Shown: positions 10,283 to 20,732, counted from the stretch's first letter. The stretch: DNA of 64,000 nucleotides from Halobacteriovoraceae bacterium (GCA_963719505.1 CAVRCF010000005.1:736001-800000), one strand, 5' to 3'. The notes: generated from the sequence alone by a model not told the origin. Numbers and translations are program-made.

Positions 10283-10562
10283 ATGACAAAATCAGAGGAA
10301 TTCTTAGAAAAAATTGAAAATGCTTCACCGGCTGTAAAAGAAGTTATAGAATCAGCTAAAGAGATTTACGATGAAGCCAAGAGAGTTTTGACTCAAAGGG
10401 CCAAAGAAGAATTTAATAACTCTCAAAATTCTATGTATGAAAATAGAACCAAAGAGGAACTTTATGCTTTAGCTAAAGAGCATAATATTGAGGGTAGAAG
10501 CTAAGGGTAGAAGCTATATGTCAAAAGCAGAATTAATATTAGCATTAAGGGTACTCCACTAA
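10283..10562 (+). pseudogene. Small protein with C-terminal Rho-termination-factor N-terminal-like (Rho_N) domain, truncated by a 13-bp duplication
   Basis: Strong RBS aaggagg before ATG 10283. TKEELYALAKEHNIEGRS is followed by a stop; removing one repeat copy restores ...GRSYMSKAELILALRVLH*. Confidence 0.75.
10491..10516 (+). repeat. 13-bp tandem duplication AGGGTAGAAGCTA x2
   Basis: Read directly: 10491-10503 and 10504-10516. Confidence 0.95.
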
Positions 10563-10564
10563 AA

Positions 10565-11287
10565 ATGAAATTAAAGCTTGTTACTTATAACCTTCATAAA
10601 GGTAAAAATATTCTCGGGTTTAAGTACTGCTTTAAAAAACTCAAAACTTTTTTAGATGCCGAGGAGTTTGATATCGGTTTCTTTCAGGAAATTCTTGGAG
10701 AAAATATTAATGATTCTACCATCCCAAAACAGATAGAAGAACTCGCCGATGCCAAATGGACAACTTACTCGTTTGCAAGAAACTCGATTGTTTCAAACCA
10801 CGAGCATGGAAATTTGATTTTAAGTAAGTTCCCCATTACTTCATTTGATATCTGCGATCTTTCATTAAATAAGCTTGAAAAAAGAAGTGCTCTTATTGCA
10901 CAAATAAAAATGGGAGAAACAAATTACAATTTCATTTGCACTCACCTTAATTTGAGACAGAAAGATAGAATTAAGCAAATTGATATTTTAATAAAGTTTT
11001 TAAAAGATAATTACGACGACGAAACTCCAACGATCTTAGCTGGAGACTTCAATGACTGGAATGGCAATGTATCAAAGCATCTAAAAAAAGAGGCTGGTTT
11101 TTTTACCTTACCTGAAAGTGAACAGTTGAAAACTTTTCCCTCTCTTAAGCCTGTTCTCGCTCTAGATCGTTTTTTCTTTCACAAGGTAAAGATGGAGAAC
11201 CTCTCAGTTCGGGTGCCAACGGATGCCAAGAAATACTCAGACCATCTGCCACTTTTTTGTGAGATTGATATTGGTGGTAACAATTGA
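10565..11287 (+). CDS. Endonuclease/exonuclease/phosphatase family protein (YbhP-like)
   Basis: TYNLHKG, FQE, HGN.ILS, THL, AGDFNDW, LDR, SDHLP. Confidence 0.9.
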   Translation: MKLKLVTYNLHKGKNILGFKYCFKKLKTFLDAEEFDIGFFQEILGENINDSTIPKQIEELADAKWTTYSFARNSIVSNHEHGNLILSKFPITSFDICDLSLNKLEKRSALIAQIKMGETNYNFICTHLNLRQKDRIKQIDILIKFLKDNYDDETPTILAGDFNDWNGNVSKHLKKEAGFFTLPESEQLKTFPSLKPVLALDRFFFHKVKMENLSVRVPTDAKKYSDHLPLFCEIDIGGNN

Positions 11288-12426
11288 GAGTGGATTATGA
11301 ATTCTATACTGATGGTGATGAATATCAATCATCCTATGTATCGCTTATCGCTAAAGCCAGAACTTCAATAACAATTCAAACATATATCTTTAAACTTGAT
11401 GACTTTGGCCAAAAGGTATTTGATGCCCTCACAGAAGCGGCGATGAGAGATGTGAGAATTTCCATTCTCGTTGATTATTTTGGCTCAATTGATTTTGATA
11501 GAAAAAAAATAAGCTTTCTCAATTCATTTTCAAATGTAAATTTTATTTTTTTTAATTCCTTCTCTAACTTTAGACTGTTACAGTTTGGTAGAAGGCTACA
11601 CCACAAAATTATAGTCATTGACTCAGTCAGTGCTATTGTTGGGGGCATCAATATTATCGAGTACGATTTTGCACAAGAAATGAGCTATCCCCGCCTCGAC
11701 TTTGCAATAAAAGTCACTGGGGCGCCGGCTGCAAAAATAGAACAGTATGCCCATCACATATTTGCAAGTACACTTAATAACAAATTCATAGAGAAGCATT
11801 ACAAAATAAACAACAGTCCTGACTCAAAAGTGAAAGTTCTCACAAATGACTGGTACCTCAATAGAAAAGAGATCAAGCTCAATTACGAAAAACTCATCAA
11901 GCAGTCCAAAGATTCGATCATTCTGATTCATGGATATTTTTTTCCATCGATAAAGATGGTCAACCTTCTAAAAAAGAAAGCTGCCCAAGGAGTCGAGATA
12001 ACCTTAGTTCTTCCTCTGTATTCTGATTGGACCACTTGGATATGGGCGACTAAACACCTTTACCGTAAACTATTCAACGCCGATATTGATGTGTTGGTTT
12101 GGAACAAGTCAACACTGCATGGAAAGCTTGGAATATTTGACAATAAGATTGTGACTGTCGGCTCGCATAATCTCAATTACACGAGCTCTTTTGGCAACCT
12201 TGAAATGAATATTCAAGTCAAAGATTCCAGTTTTACAAATGAAATTATCGAGAAGGTAAAAGTGATGATCAACACAGGGGCTACGCAATACCAATCTAAA
12301 AATGAACTTATAACACCACTGAAGGTTGTCAGAAACTTCTTCTTTTATATACTCTTGTTGACAATGGCCCAGCTTACAATCTTCTCCCTTGGACTAGCAA
12401 AATTTCTCAAGAGGACTAAAAAGTAA
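11284..12426 (+). CDS. clsB: Phospholipase D family, cardiolipin synthase ClsB-like
   Basis: Two HKD motifs (HHKIIVID, HGKLGIFD); follows a ybhP-like gene as in the ybhP-clsB arrangement. Confidence 0.75.
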   Translation: MRVDYEFYTDGDEYQSSYVSLIAKARTSITIQTYIFKLDDFGQKVFDALTEAAMRDVRISILVDYFGSIDFDRKKISFLNSFSNVNFIFFNSFSNFRLLQFGRRLHHKIIVIDSVSAIVGGINIIEYDFAQEMSYPRLDFAIKVTGAPAAKIEQYAHHIFASTLNNKFIEKHYKINNSPDSKVKVLTNDWYLNRKEIKLNYEKLIKQSKDSIILIHGYFFPSIKMVNLLKKKAAQGVEITLVLPLYSDWTTWIWATKHLYRKLFNADIDVLVWNKSTLHGKLGIFDNKIVTVGSHNLNYTSSFGNLEMNIQVKDSSFTNEIIEKVKVMINTGATQYQSKNELITPLKVVRNFFFYILLLTMAQLTIFSLGLAKFLKRTKK

Positions 12427-12784
12427 ATTCTTTTTTATTATGCTTTCTGCGAATAGAATCGAGACCTCTTTGAATCTTCTTATTTTTTAGAAATCTCTCT
12501 CTCAAGCTTCTCGTAACCTTTGTATCACTTATATAAAGCCCCACAAAAATAGTTATAAGTCCCTGACCTGGCATAAAGAGCATCAAAATACCAAGTAAGA
12601 CTAAAATTAAGCCCAAGAGATTTCTCATGACTTTCACTATCCAAGACTCATTACGCTCTTTCTTTCTAAAATAATCACTTGGTATTTTAAGCAGCCATAT
12701 ATAGGTGCCCAGTGATCCCACAAGGAAAAAAACCACAGAAATTACAGATATAAGAAAACCATACTTGCTAAAAAATTCAATCAT
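12416..12784 (-). CDS. PGPGW-domain small membrane protein
   Basis: IPSDYF and GILMLFMPGQGLITI motif. Confidence 0.75.
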   Translation of the reverse strand: MIEFFSKYGFLISVISVVFFLVGSLGTYIWLLKIPSDYFRKKERNESWIVKVMRNLLGLILVLLGILMLFMPGQGLITIFVGLYISDTKVTRSLRERFLKNKKIQRGLDSIRRKHNKKEFTF

Positions 12785-12890
12785 TCGTTTACCATTTTTC
12801 TAGTTATTTAAACAAAACTCAAAAAAGCTCTGGAACTTCAATAGTTCAACTTAGTTTATCCTAGCTTAGCATCGTTAAAAAAGGAACTAA

Positions 12891-14168
12891 ATGAAAGTAG
12901 TATTATTGTTGTTGTTGGTCTTAAATTTTGCACAAGCTCAAAAGATTATTTCCCCTAAAGATTATGACTACCCTATGATAAGTAATCTAGAGGCGACATT
13001 TGGGGTGGCTTCCCTCGCTCCAGTCGCTGGATCAGTTTGGTGGGATATCAAAATTTCACCAAAAAAGAGGTATATTAATGGAAAACTTTCCCTCATCGAT
13101 ATCAGATTTTATAAACCGCAAAAAAGATGCAAGGAACAAACAAAGAGCCTTGTCTTTATTCTCACAGGAGTCACGGGAAGTGCATCTGATGGTATCGCCA
13201 ACCAATATGCCCATCAATTGACCCAAGAGTGCCATCACGCTCTCATACTCCCCTCTATCTTTAATCAAAACTTCGTCAACTCTTCAAGCTCTACCGGTGT
13301 CGTTGGTAACAGCTTGTACGATATGAAAGATTTTTATGATTTTATGAAAAAGTCTGTCTCTTACATAGAGGAAAATCACGACCTCATATTCAACAATTAC
13401 TCATTATTGGGTTACTCCCTAGGAGCGTTGACTTCGGCCTATATCCATAAACTAGATGAAGATCAAAAGAGCTTCAATTTTGAAAAGACTCTCCTGATAA
13501 ATCCACCTGTAGATCTCGACTATTCCCTGAGTAAAGTTGATAACTTTAAAAGTAATTTAAAGAAGATTGGAAAAGTAAAAAGAATTAGACTTCTGGCCAA
13601 AATTGGCAAGCATGTGGCAATTCACAAAAGAGTAAAAACAAATCGAGTTGTCTATTTGAATTTTATTAACAGCACCAAAATGGCGGATTTTCAATATAAA
13701 GCAATGATTGGATTTGATCTTTCTAAAGAGCTAACGGACATCATTCTTTGCTCGAAAGATGTTCTAAAATCGGTCCATGGAAGGGACCTAGGTATAATCC
13801 CCAACTATAGACGAAGAATTCAGAAGAAATTGGCAAAAATGTTTGGCTACAAAGACTATTTTTTAAAGTTTGTCATGGGCTACCGAGAAGATTTTGATAA
13901 CTTACCTCCAATGGACTACAAAGACTTCATTTCACAAAACTCAATAACAAGTCTAACTCATTGGCTTAAAACTCATAATGATATCTACATAATGCATAAT
14001 AAAGACGATTTCATCATTTCCCAATCAGATATTGAGTACCTGAAAGAAACTTTTGGCGACAGACTTACTCTCTACCCAAGAGGTGGACACATGGGAAATA
14101 TTTGGCATGATGAAAATGTTAAACAAGTAAATTCAATTATAGGATCAAATAATCTAATGGCTAAGTGA
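12891..14168 (+). CDS. Exported alpha/beta hydrolase
   Basis: Signal peptide, GYSLG nucleophile elbow, HNKDD, GGHMG. Confidence 0.8.
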   Translation: MKVVLLLLLVLNFAQAQKIISPKDYDYPMISNLEATFGVASLAPVAGSVWWDIKISPKKRYINGKLSLIDIRFYKPQKRCKEQTKSLVFILTGVTGSASDGIANQYAHQLTQECHHALILPSIFNQNFVNSSSSTGVVGNSLYDMKDFYDFMKKSVSYIEENHDLIFNNYSLLGYSLGALTSAYIHKLDEDQKSFNFEKTLLINPPVDLDYSLSKVDNFKSNLKKIGKVKRIRLLAKIGKHVAIHKRVKTNRVVYLNFINSTKMADFQYKAMIGFDLSKELTDIILCSKDVLKSVHGRDLGIIPNYRRRIQKKLAKMFGYKDYFLKFVMGYREDFDNLPPMDYKDFISQNSITSLTHWLKTHNDIYIMHNKDDFIISQSDIEYLKETFGDRLTLYPRGGHMGNIWHDENVKQVNSIIGSNNLMAK

Positions 14169-15770
14169 ATCTATAATCGCGTTGGTATCGAAAGGTTTAC
14201 TGACGTAACCATCAAAGCCTAGCTCATAACATCTGTCTTTGCCATCTTGGTTTGATGAGGCTGAGAAAGCTATTATTTTTTGATCTTTGTTTTTCTTAGT
14301 TTTCATTTTTTCAAAAGCTTCAAAACCTGTCATATCAGGGAAGTTTAAGTCTAAAAAAACAGCATCAATGCTATCGTCAAAAAGCTCTATTGCCTGCTTA
14401 CCAGACTCGGCTTCAACCATTTCATAACCGAAGTCCCGCATGTAGTGTTTGAAAAGAAAACGATTCTCATAAACGTCATCTGCGATTAAAACTTTTTTAA
14501 AGTTGATCAAAGGTGACGATTCATTTACTGGTAGGTGATTTGTGGCGTGACCACTCATTTTATATTTTAAAACGGGAAGTGAGAGTCTGAAATGAGAACC
14601 TACGCCAAGCTTTGTACTCACTAACTCAACCGTTCCACCAAGAAGGTCAGAAATTTCTTTAGTAATAGCAAGTCCCAAGCCCGTTCCTTTAAAATTCTCT
14701 AAAATGGATGCATTGGCTTGCTCAAAGGGATGAAAGATCTTTTCGGACTCAACATGGTCCATCCCTATCCCCGTGTCTATAACATCGACGATAAGCTTTT
14801 TATCATGTTTATCAAAATCCACATTAAACTGAACTGTTTTATTCTTAGAGAATTTAATTGCATTGGACAAAAGATTCAGAATAATCTGTTTCAAAAGAGT
14901 TGAGTCAGTTGAAATTCTGCTTGGAACTTTCTGAGTGATGTCTAAATTGAATGTGACATTATTATTGATCGCATTTATGGCAACCAAATTATAAGTTTGT
15001 CTGAGGAAACTTTTTGTACTAAACATCGTTTTGTTTTGCATTAACTTATTTGATTCAAGCTTCGAGAAATCTAAAATGTCTCCAATTAGCTCAAGAAGAT
15101 AATTTGAATTCGACTTCAAAACTTTTAAAGTGTTTTTTATTGAAGGATTCATAACTCCGGCAAGCTCTTCTTCTAAGACATCGACATAACCTAATACTGA
15201 AGTCAAAGGTGTCCTCAGTTCGTGGCTCATTGATGAAACAAAAGCTGTGTTACTTCTGGCCACTTCATTGAGATGATCTCTTTTTTTTGTAGCTTCAATA
15301 ATATGCATAATTTCATCAGCAATGATTTCAAGTTGTTTTTTTTGAACAGTATCAAGTTTATGAGGTTTCCGATCAATAACACAAAGAGTTCCAATATTAT
15401 AACCGTCTGAGGTTTTTAAGGGCTTTCCTGCATAATATCTAATGGAAGGATCGTTTACGACAAGTGGGTTATCGCTAAAGCGCTCATCTTCAAGTGCGTT
15501 TTCTATCTCAAATATCTCATCTTGATTAATAGCATGCCCGCAAAATGATACCTCTCGAGGAGACTCATCTAGGTTTGTTCCATGTTTTGCTAAAAACCAC
15601 TGCCGATCTCTATCAACAAGGCTAACTAAAGAGACAGCGCAGCCAGTAATTGTGGAAGCTAGATAGACGAGATTATTGAGTCTTTTATTTGACTCTGAAT
15701 CCAAAAGATTTAGATCAACTAAAGCTTTTAGTCTTTCATCCTCATTATGAGGTATATCAGGATTTTTCAT
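14154..15770 (-). CDS. GAF-domain hybrid histidine kinase with receiver
   Basis: GAF (SFCGHAI, RYYAG.PL, GTLCVID), SHELRTPL, NLLSNAIKF, GTGLGL, C-terminal REC. Confidence 0.92.
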   Translation of the reverse strand: MKNPDIPHNEDERLKALVDLNLLDSESNKRLNNLVYLASTITGCAVSLVSLVDRDRQWFLAKHGTNLDESPREVSFCGHAINQDEIFEIENALEDERFSDNPLVVNDPSIRYYAGKPLKTSDGYNIGTLCVIDRKPHKLDTVQKKQLEIIADEIMHIIEATKKRDHLNEVARSNTAFVSSMSHELRTPLTSVLGYVDVLEEELAGVMNPSIKNTLKVLKSNSNYLLELIGDILDFSKLESNKLMQNKTMFSTKSFLRQTYNLVAINAINNNVTFNLDITQKVPSRISTDSTLLKQIILNLLSNAIKFSKNKTVQFNVDFDKHDKKLIVDVIDTGIGMDHVESEKIFHPFEQANASILENFKGTGLGLAITKEISDLLGGTVELVSTKLGVGSHFRLSLPVLKYKMSGHATNHLPVNESSPLINFKKVLIADDVYENRFLFKHYMRDFGYEMVEAESGKQAIELFDDSIDAVFLDLNFPDMTGFEAFEKMKTKKNKDQKIIAFSASSNQDGKDRCYELGFDGYVSKPFDTNAIIDSLSH

Positions 15771-15832
15771 GCGGTATTTGTATCACAATATGAAAAACTA
15801 GACAGTTAAAATCTTAAGGATATCTAAATTTT

Positions 15833-16450
15833 TTATAATTTGAAAAACTCTTTTATCCCCATCAATATATTATTTGCTGCCATTGAGGCTAAAATCAGTC
15901 CCATTACTTTACTGATAACAATAGCCCCAGAGTTTCCAATTCGGCGATGAATTTTATTCGATAGGATCATTAGGATATAGTTAATTAAAAGAATCAATGC
16001 CATAACAAGTGCTGTCATGACCTGATTAGACACACTGTGTCGTGTGTTGTCAGTCAAAAGTACTATTGCCAAAATAGCTCCCGGACTTGCAATGGAAGGT
16101 ATGGCCAGCGGAAAAATGGCTGCTTCGTCCTCATCCTTAACCAGCTGAATCTCTTCTTCTGGCTTACTGCTTCCAAAAATCATGTTAATTGCAAACAAAA
16201 ACAGGATAATTCCACCAGAGGCTTGAAAAGCAGCTAATGGTACTCCTATGGATTTTAAGACGATTTCCCCAACAATAAGAAAAAATAATAGGACTCCAAA
16301 GGAGACAAAAGAGGCAAACTTTGCGATCGCTTTCTTTTCAATCTCGTCATAGCCTTTTGTTACTGCGATAAAGACTGGCACTGTTCCAATGGGATCTATG
16401 ACAGACCAAAGAACAATAAAGGTACTTACAACGTCATCTAATTCAATCAA
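15833..16450 (-). CDS. MarC family membrane protein
   Basis: IDPIG.VPVF, FPLAIPSIASPGAI, MGLILA. Confidence 0.9.
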   Translation of the reverse strand: MIELDDVVSTFIVLWSVIDPIGTVPVFIAVTKGYDEIEKKAIAKFASFVSFGVLLFFLIVGEIVLKSIGVPLAAFQASGGIILFLFAINMIFGSSKPEEEIQLVKDEDEAAIFPLAIPSIASPGAILAIVLLTDNTRHSVSNQVMTALVMALILLINYILMILSNKIHRRIGNSGAIVISKVMGLILASMAANNILMGIKEFFKL

Positions 16451-16468
16451 AAATAAATCTCCTCTTTC

Positions 16469-17359
16469 CTATAAAGAAGATTTTATCTCATTAACAACTT
16501 CTTCGATAGCATTATTACTATGCTCAGACAGTATAAGTGCGCAAATTTTGGTTTTGGAAAAGGAGAAGTTTCCAATATGGAATAGTCTGCCCGCAATAAG
16601 TTCTTCGTTCACGGAAATTTTGGGAACAATAGAGAAACAACTATTCGACTCAGTTGCGGCTAGCATAATATCAATATTATCCGACTCTCCAACAACATTT
16701 GGTACAACCCCACATTCATAGAAGTACTTATCAACCTCTCGTTGAAGATGATTGAGAGGAGTATATTTAAAATATGGCATCCCATCTAAGTCATTTGGAA
16801 CAACAACTACTTTTTTTGAAAAATTCTCTCCACAAACAAAAACATACTCTGGTTTTTTAATATCGACGACTTCAATAGCATCACTTAGCTGGTGCTCGGC
16901 CAAACTTTCAGATAGAACAAAGTCTACTTCCCTTGCGTGCAGTTTATCGATGAGTCTCTCTGTTTCCACTTCAACAATACTGACGCCAATATCAGGCTTT
17001 TCAAAAAGAGGCTTTAGTAGCTTAGATGCGTATGTTCTACTAATTGAAGATGTTATCCCAATTTTGAAGTGAGATTTTGTATTCATTTGTTGTCTATAAG
17101 AAAAGCTTGAAACCATCAATTCTGCTTGAAAGAACATTTTCTTTGCAAAATCGAGAATATATTCACCCTGCTCATTTAACTTGAGGGCCCTACCATTTCT
17201 GTTAAAGAGCTTGTGTCCCATTTGTTTTTCCAATTGCTTTAATTGTTGGGAAAGTGTCGGCTGAGAGACATTGAGAACTTTAGTCGCTTTTGCCAAAGAT
17301 CCTTCAGATGCAATAACGAAAAAGTAATAGAGGTGATTAAAGTTGATGTTATTAAGCAT
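16469..17359 (-). CDS. LysR family regulator (NhaR-like)
   Basis: NFNHLYYF..ASEGS..SQPTLSQQLKQLE HTH. Confidence 0.9.
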   Translation of the reverse strand: MLNNINFNHLYYFFVIASEGSLAKATKVLNVSQPTLSQQLKQLEKQMGHKLFNRNGRALKLNEQGEYILDFAKKMFFQAELMVSSFSYRQQMNTKSHFKIGITSSISRTYASKLLKPLFEKPDIGVSIVEVETERLIDKLHAREVDFVLSESLAEHQLSDAIEVVDIKKPEYVFVCGENFSKKVVVVPNDLDGMPYFKYTPLNHLQREVDKYFYECGVVPNVVGESDNIDIMLAATESNSCFSIVPKISVNEELIAGRLFHIGNFSFSKTKICALILSEHSNNAIEEVVNEIKSSL

Positions 17360-17667
17360 TTCTTCCTCCTTAGATAGAAAATACCTATATAGATTAAAAT
17401 GCTTTTAATAATCATTATTCTTGTTTCAAGGTAAAAGCTGTGTAAAAAAAGCTACAAATTTTAATAAATTTGGCAATTAAAGCTGCCAGAGCTGACTTTA
17501 GCGTAACCTCAGAGAAGCTATAGTCATTGCAAAACATACTAACTACAAAAGTCATAAATAGCTGAAATCACTCAAATGCCAAAATTATTAAGAAAATTTA
17601 ACTCTTTGCTTGTCACTAAAATGACGATCTGTACTCTAATATTACTTTAATTTAATTCACCCAAAGG

Positions 17668-19116
17668 TTGAACGTCATGTTGGATAATACTATTGCTTCA
17701 ATTAGTACCTACTCTGATCTTATTATTTTTTTCGCGTATACCAGCATCGTGGCAATTCTCATCTACTATTTTTTTATTAAGCTGCACATGAAGTTGAATT
17801 TATTTTTCATCTCCTTCAGCGGATTTATTCTGGTGAGTGGGTTAAACCATTTAGCCATATTCTTAAATAGCTTCAACGACGTTATTTTCCTCGTTTCGAT
17901 TCTGAAAATATTAAAAGCTTTTACAGCTTTATTGGCAACTGTAACACTATGGCCTTTTGTCAGAGATGCTCTCTACTTAAAAAGTCTCACAGAGAATGAA
18001 AGACAGAAAAGAGACCTCAAGATCTTCAAAGAAGCCTATGAAGATGCATCAATTGGCTTGGCGCTCCTAGATAAACAAGGACAACTGCTGAAAGCCAACA
18101 AAGAGCTCATTAGACTTTTTGGTTATGGTGAGGAATATACTCTTCACAGCAACATATACAAATTTATTAATAAGGTTGAAGCCAAGAAAAACGAAGATCT
18201 GTTTAAAAAGATCTATAAAAGCTCAGATGAGGTCTTTGATTTTAAATTGAAGTTTGTTAAAAATTCTGGCGAGGATTTTTGGGGAAAAGTTCAGCTTAAA
18301 GTGCACAGGAAAGACTCTGGTGAAATCGACTTTATTTCTGTCCAGATTACCGATATAACCAGAGAACTCGAAATTGAAAAAGAGCTTCAACGAGAGAGGG
18401 TAAATGCCGAAAATGATAGAAAGCTCGAGTATCTAAAAAGTATGGCTTCAAGTGTAGCCCACGAAATAAATAATCCTCTAACAATCATCAGTGGAGCGGC
18501 ACAAATCATTGAGATTCTTCTAAAGAAAGAAGATATCGATAAAGAAAAAATAAACCAAGAGATTAAAGATACAACTGAGTCGGTGTTAAGAATATCTAAA
18601 ATTATAAAATCTCTCAAGATGCTCTCTAGTGAGAAAAAAGAGCAACTTGAAAGCATACCTGTCTCCTCTATTTTGGACAATGTCATTGAGCTATGCCAAG
18701 CAAAGTTTGTTTCAAACGGCGTCACATTTGAAGTGACACAAGATGAAGGTATCTTTTTGAAAAAAATTAACTGCAATAAAATGCATATGTCACAAGTTTT
18801 AATTAATATGCTAAACAATTCTTTTGAAGCTCTTGAGAACTTAGATGAAAAATGGATAAATATTAAGGTCTATCAAAAAGAACATTCAATAGTCTTCGAC
18901 ATAGTAGATAGTGGTCATGGTATAAATGAAGAAAATAAAAGCAAAATATATCTTCCATTTTACACGACAAAATCTCAAGGTGAGAATGCTGGTCTTGGTT
19001 TGAGCTACTCAAAGTCAGTCATTCAAAATTACAATGGATCTTTAGAACTAATTGAAGATAAAAATACAACCTTTAGAGTTTCACTTCCCTTTGAAAGTGA
19101 ATTAGAAGTCGCCTAA
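17668..19116 (+). CDS. PAS histidine kinase with ethylene-receptor-like 3-TM N-terminus
   Basis: SDLII..AY.SI and FIL.SG.NH TM motifs, PAS, AHEINNPL, GLGL. Confidence 0.85.
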   Translation: MNVMLDNTIASISTYSDLIIFFAYTSIVAILIYYFFIKLHMKLNLFFISFSGFILVSGLNHLAIFLNSFNDVIFLVSILKILKAFTALLATVTLWPFVRDALYLKSLTENERQKRDLKIFKEAYEDASIGLALLDKQGQLLKANKELIRLFGYGEEYTLHSNIYKFINKVEAKKNEDLFKKIYKSSDEVFDFKLKFVKNSGEDFWGKVQLKVHRKDSGEIDFISVQITDITRELEIEKELQRERVNAENDRKLEYLKSMASSVAHEINNPLTIISGAAQIIEILLKKEDIDKEKINQEIKDTTESVLRISKIIKSLKMLSSEKKEQLESIPVSSILDNVIELCQAKFVSNGVTFEVTQDEGIFLKKINCNKMHMSQVLINMLNNSFEALENLDEKWINIKVYQKEHSIVFDIVDSGHGINEENKSKIYLPFYTTKSQGENAGLGLSYSKSVIQNYNGSLELIEDKNTTFRVSLPFESELEVA

Positions 19117-19545
19117 AAGTTTTTCGTACTCAGAAACTAAACTGTCTGGATCATCACTTGACTGTTCTTTGGCTTCAAAGTTCTGTGACATTCCTCGAGT
19201 CACTGCACTCAGAAGATTTCCAAAGTGTGGCTTGTCGACAAAATCAAATGCACCATACTTAACGGCTTCTTTAACAAGGTTATCATCTCCATGGGAAGTG
19301 AAGAAAATAAAGGGGACTTCATTTTTTTTCTTTCTCACCTCTTTAACAAAATCAATTCCATTCATAACGGGCATATTGATATCGCTAACAACACAGCTAA
19401 TTCCTGGTTCCAGGGCCATCTTATCCAAAGCCTCTTGCCCATTGATGGCCGTAATAATACTCTCAACTTCCGAAGAAAGAATAGTTACTAGCTTATCCAA
19501 AATTTTAATCTCATCGTCGACGATAAGAAGAGTTTTTACTGACAT
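19102..19545 (-). CDS. Response regulator receiver protein
   Basis: IVDDE, SDINMPVMNG, GAFDFVDKP. Confidence 0.9.
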   Translation of the reverse strand: MSVKTLLIVDDEIKILDKLVTILSSEVESIITAINGQEALDKMALEPGISCVVSDINMPVMNGIDFVKEVRKKKNEVPFIFFTSHGDDNLVKEAVKYGAFDFVDKPHFGNLLSAVTRGMSQNFEAKEQSSDDPDSLVSEYEKLLGDF

Positions 19546-19728
19546 AATGGAATTCTCTCACTTAAAATATAAAAGTCACAGATTTTTTTAAGCAAATCTT
19601 ATTCGTTTAGAAAAAAGGGGGAAATCATCTATAAATTTATCAATAAAGGTATCATTTCCCAAAAAATTGATCTTATCGCCTTCACCTCTTATATTCCAAC
19701 GATTATTATTTACTACTTTCTTGATTAT

Positions 19729-20586
19729 ATGAATATTATTGAACCTCAGCAAAGGGTGACACCGATGCTTGTTTTCATAGGAGCTTTGATAGTGGATGGT
19801 GCCCATGTGTATTCAACATTATTCGTCACTTACTTTGATTCAAATATCAAAAGTAAAATTAAACTTCATTTGATCCTGGCCCCTTTGTTGACAATTTTGA
19901 TCTGCTATCTTCTTTATATTTATGAGTTTAAAGCCTTACTTCTTTCTTTAGTAGGAAGCTTTGCTCTTTTTCATTTCATTCGCCAAGAAGCTGGCTGGAT
20001 GAAATTAGCGGGAAGGCTCGACCCGAAGCAGCCGCAAATTCTCAATAAGGTAGATCTCTTTACCTCTTATATCTTTACGATAACTCCCGTTTTATATCTT
20101 ATATCAGAGAGGAATCGTGGCTTTTGGCTCTCCAGAGGAGATCTTCCTATCATCCCAAACCTTTACTGGGACACTGGGAAATACATAATGCTTTTTACCG
20201 GTTTGGTTTGGCTTGGCTTTAATATAAGACACTGGAGAAAAACCAAACTGATTAACGGCTCGAAACTTTTAATCATTCTTAGTAATCTCGCTGCTTGGTT
20301 TTTCGCCCTAACTTATCTTGCTGGATCTTGGCTAGGACTCCTTCTCATAATCCTCCCTCATGGAGTTCCCTACTTCTTTTTGGTCGCAAAGGAGCACAAT
20401 AAAAAATCTCCAAATAAGTTAACAATTTATCCTTTTCTATACCTACTTTGTGTTTTGTTATATTTTTTTGAAACAAGAGTTGGTGGTCTTAAAAATCCAA
20501 TATTGACATCAATTGCGATAATGCCTCAAATAGTTCACTACTATCTGGATGGAATCATTTGGAAGAGATCAATCCAATCTCGCTAA
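19729..20586 (+). CDS. Polytopic membrane protein with conserved-looking His motifs (true start may lie upstream, near 19627)
   Basis: Multiple TMs; DGAHVYST, HFIRQ..G, PHG.PY, HYYLDG.IWK. The frame stays open upstream without an ATG. Confidence 0.7.
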   Translation: MNIIEPQQRVTPMLVFIGALIVDGAHVYSTLFVTYFDSNIKSKIKLHLILAPLLTILICYLLYIYEFKALLLSLVGSFALFHFIRQEAGWMKLAGRLDPKQPQILNKVDLFTSYIFTITPVLYLISERNRGFWLSRGDLPIIPNLYWDTGKYIMLFTGLVWLGFNIRHWRKTKLINGSKLLIILSNLAAWFFALTYLAGSWLGLLLIILPHGVPYFFLVAKEHNKKSPNKLTIYPFLYLLCVLLYFFETRVGGLKNPILTSIAIMPQIVHYYLDGIIWKRSIQSR

Positions 20587-20640
20587 GCAACTGTTTTTAC
20601 TTATAGCCAGAGTAAATTTGGCTAATTTCTTGATTCAATA

Positions 20641-20669
20641 TTGAACAATATGCTACCTTTAAGTATAAA
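20641..20669 (+). promoter_or_regulatory. Candidate sigma70 promoter for the peptide/RRE operon
   Basis: TTGAAC-N17-TATAAA ending about 64 bp before the first peptide start. Confidence 0.45.
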
Positions 20670-20732
20670 CAAAAGTTTAATAAAATATAATCAGCACAAA
20701 ATCCACCCAAGTTTGTGACAGGGTGCTTTAAT

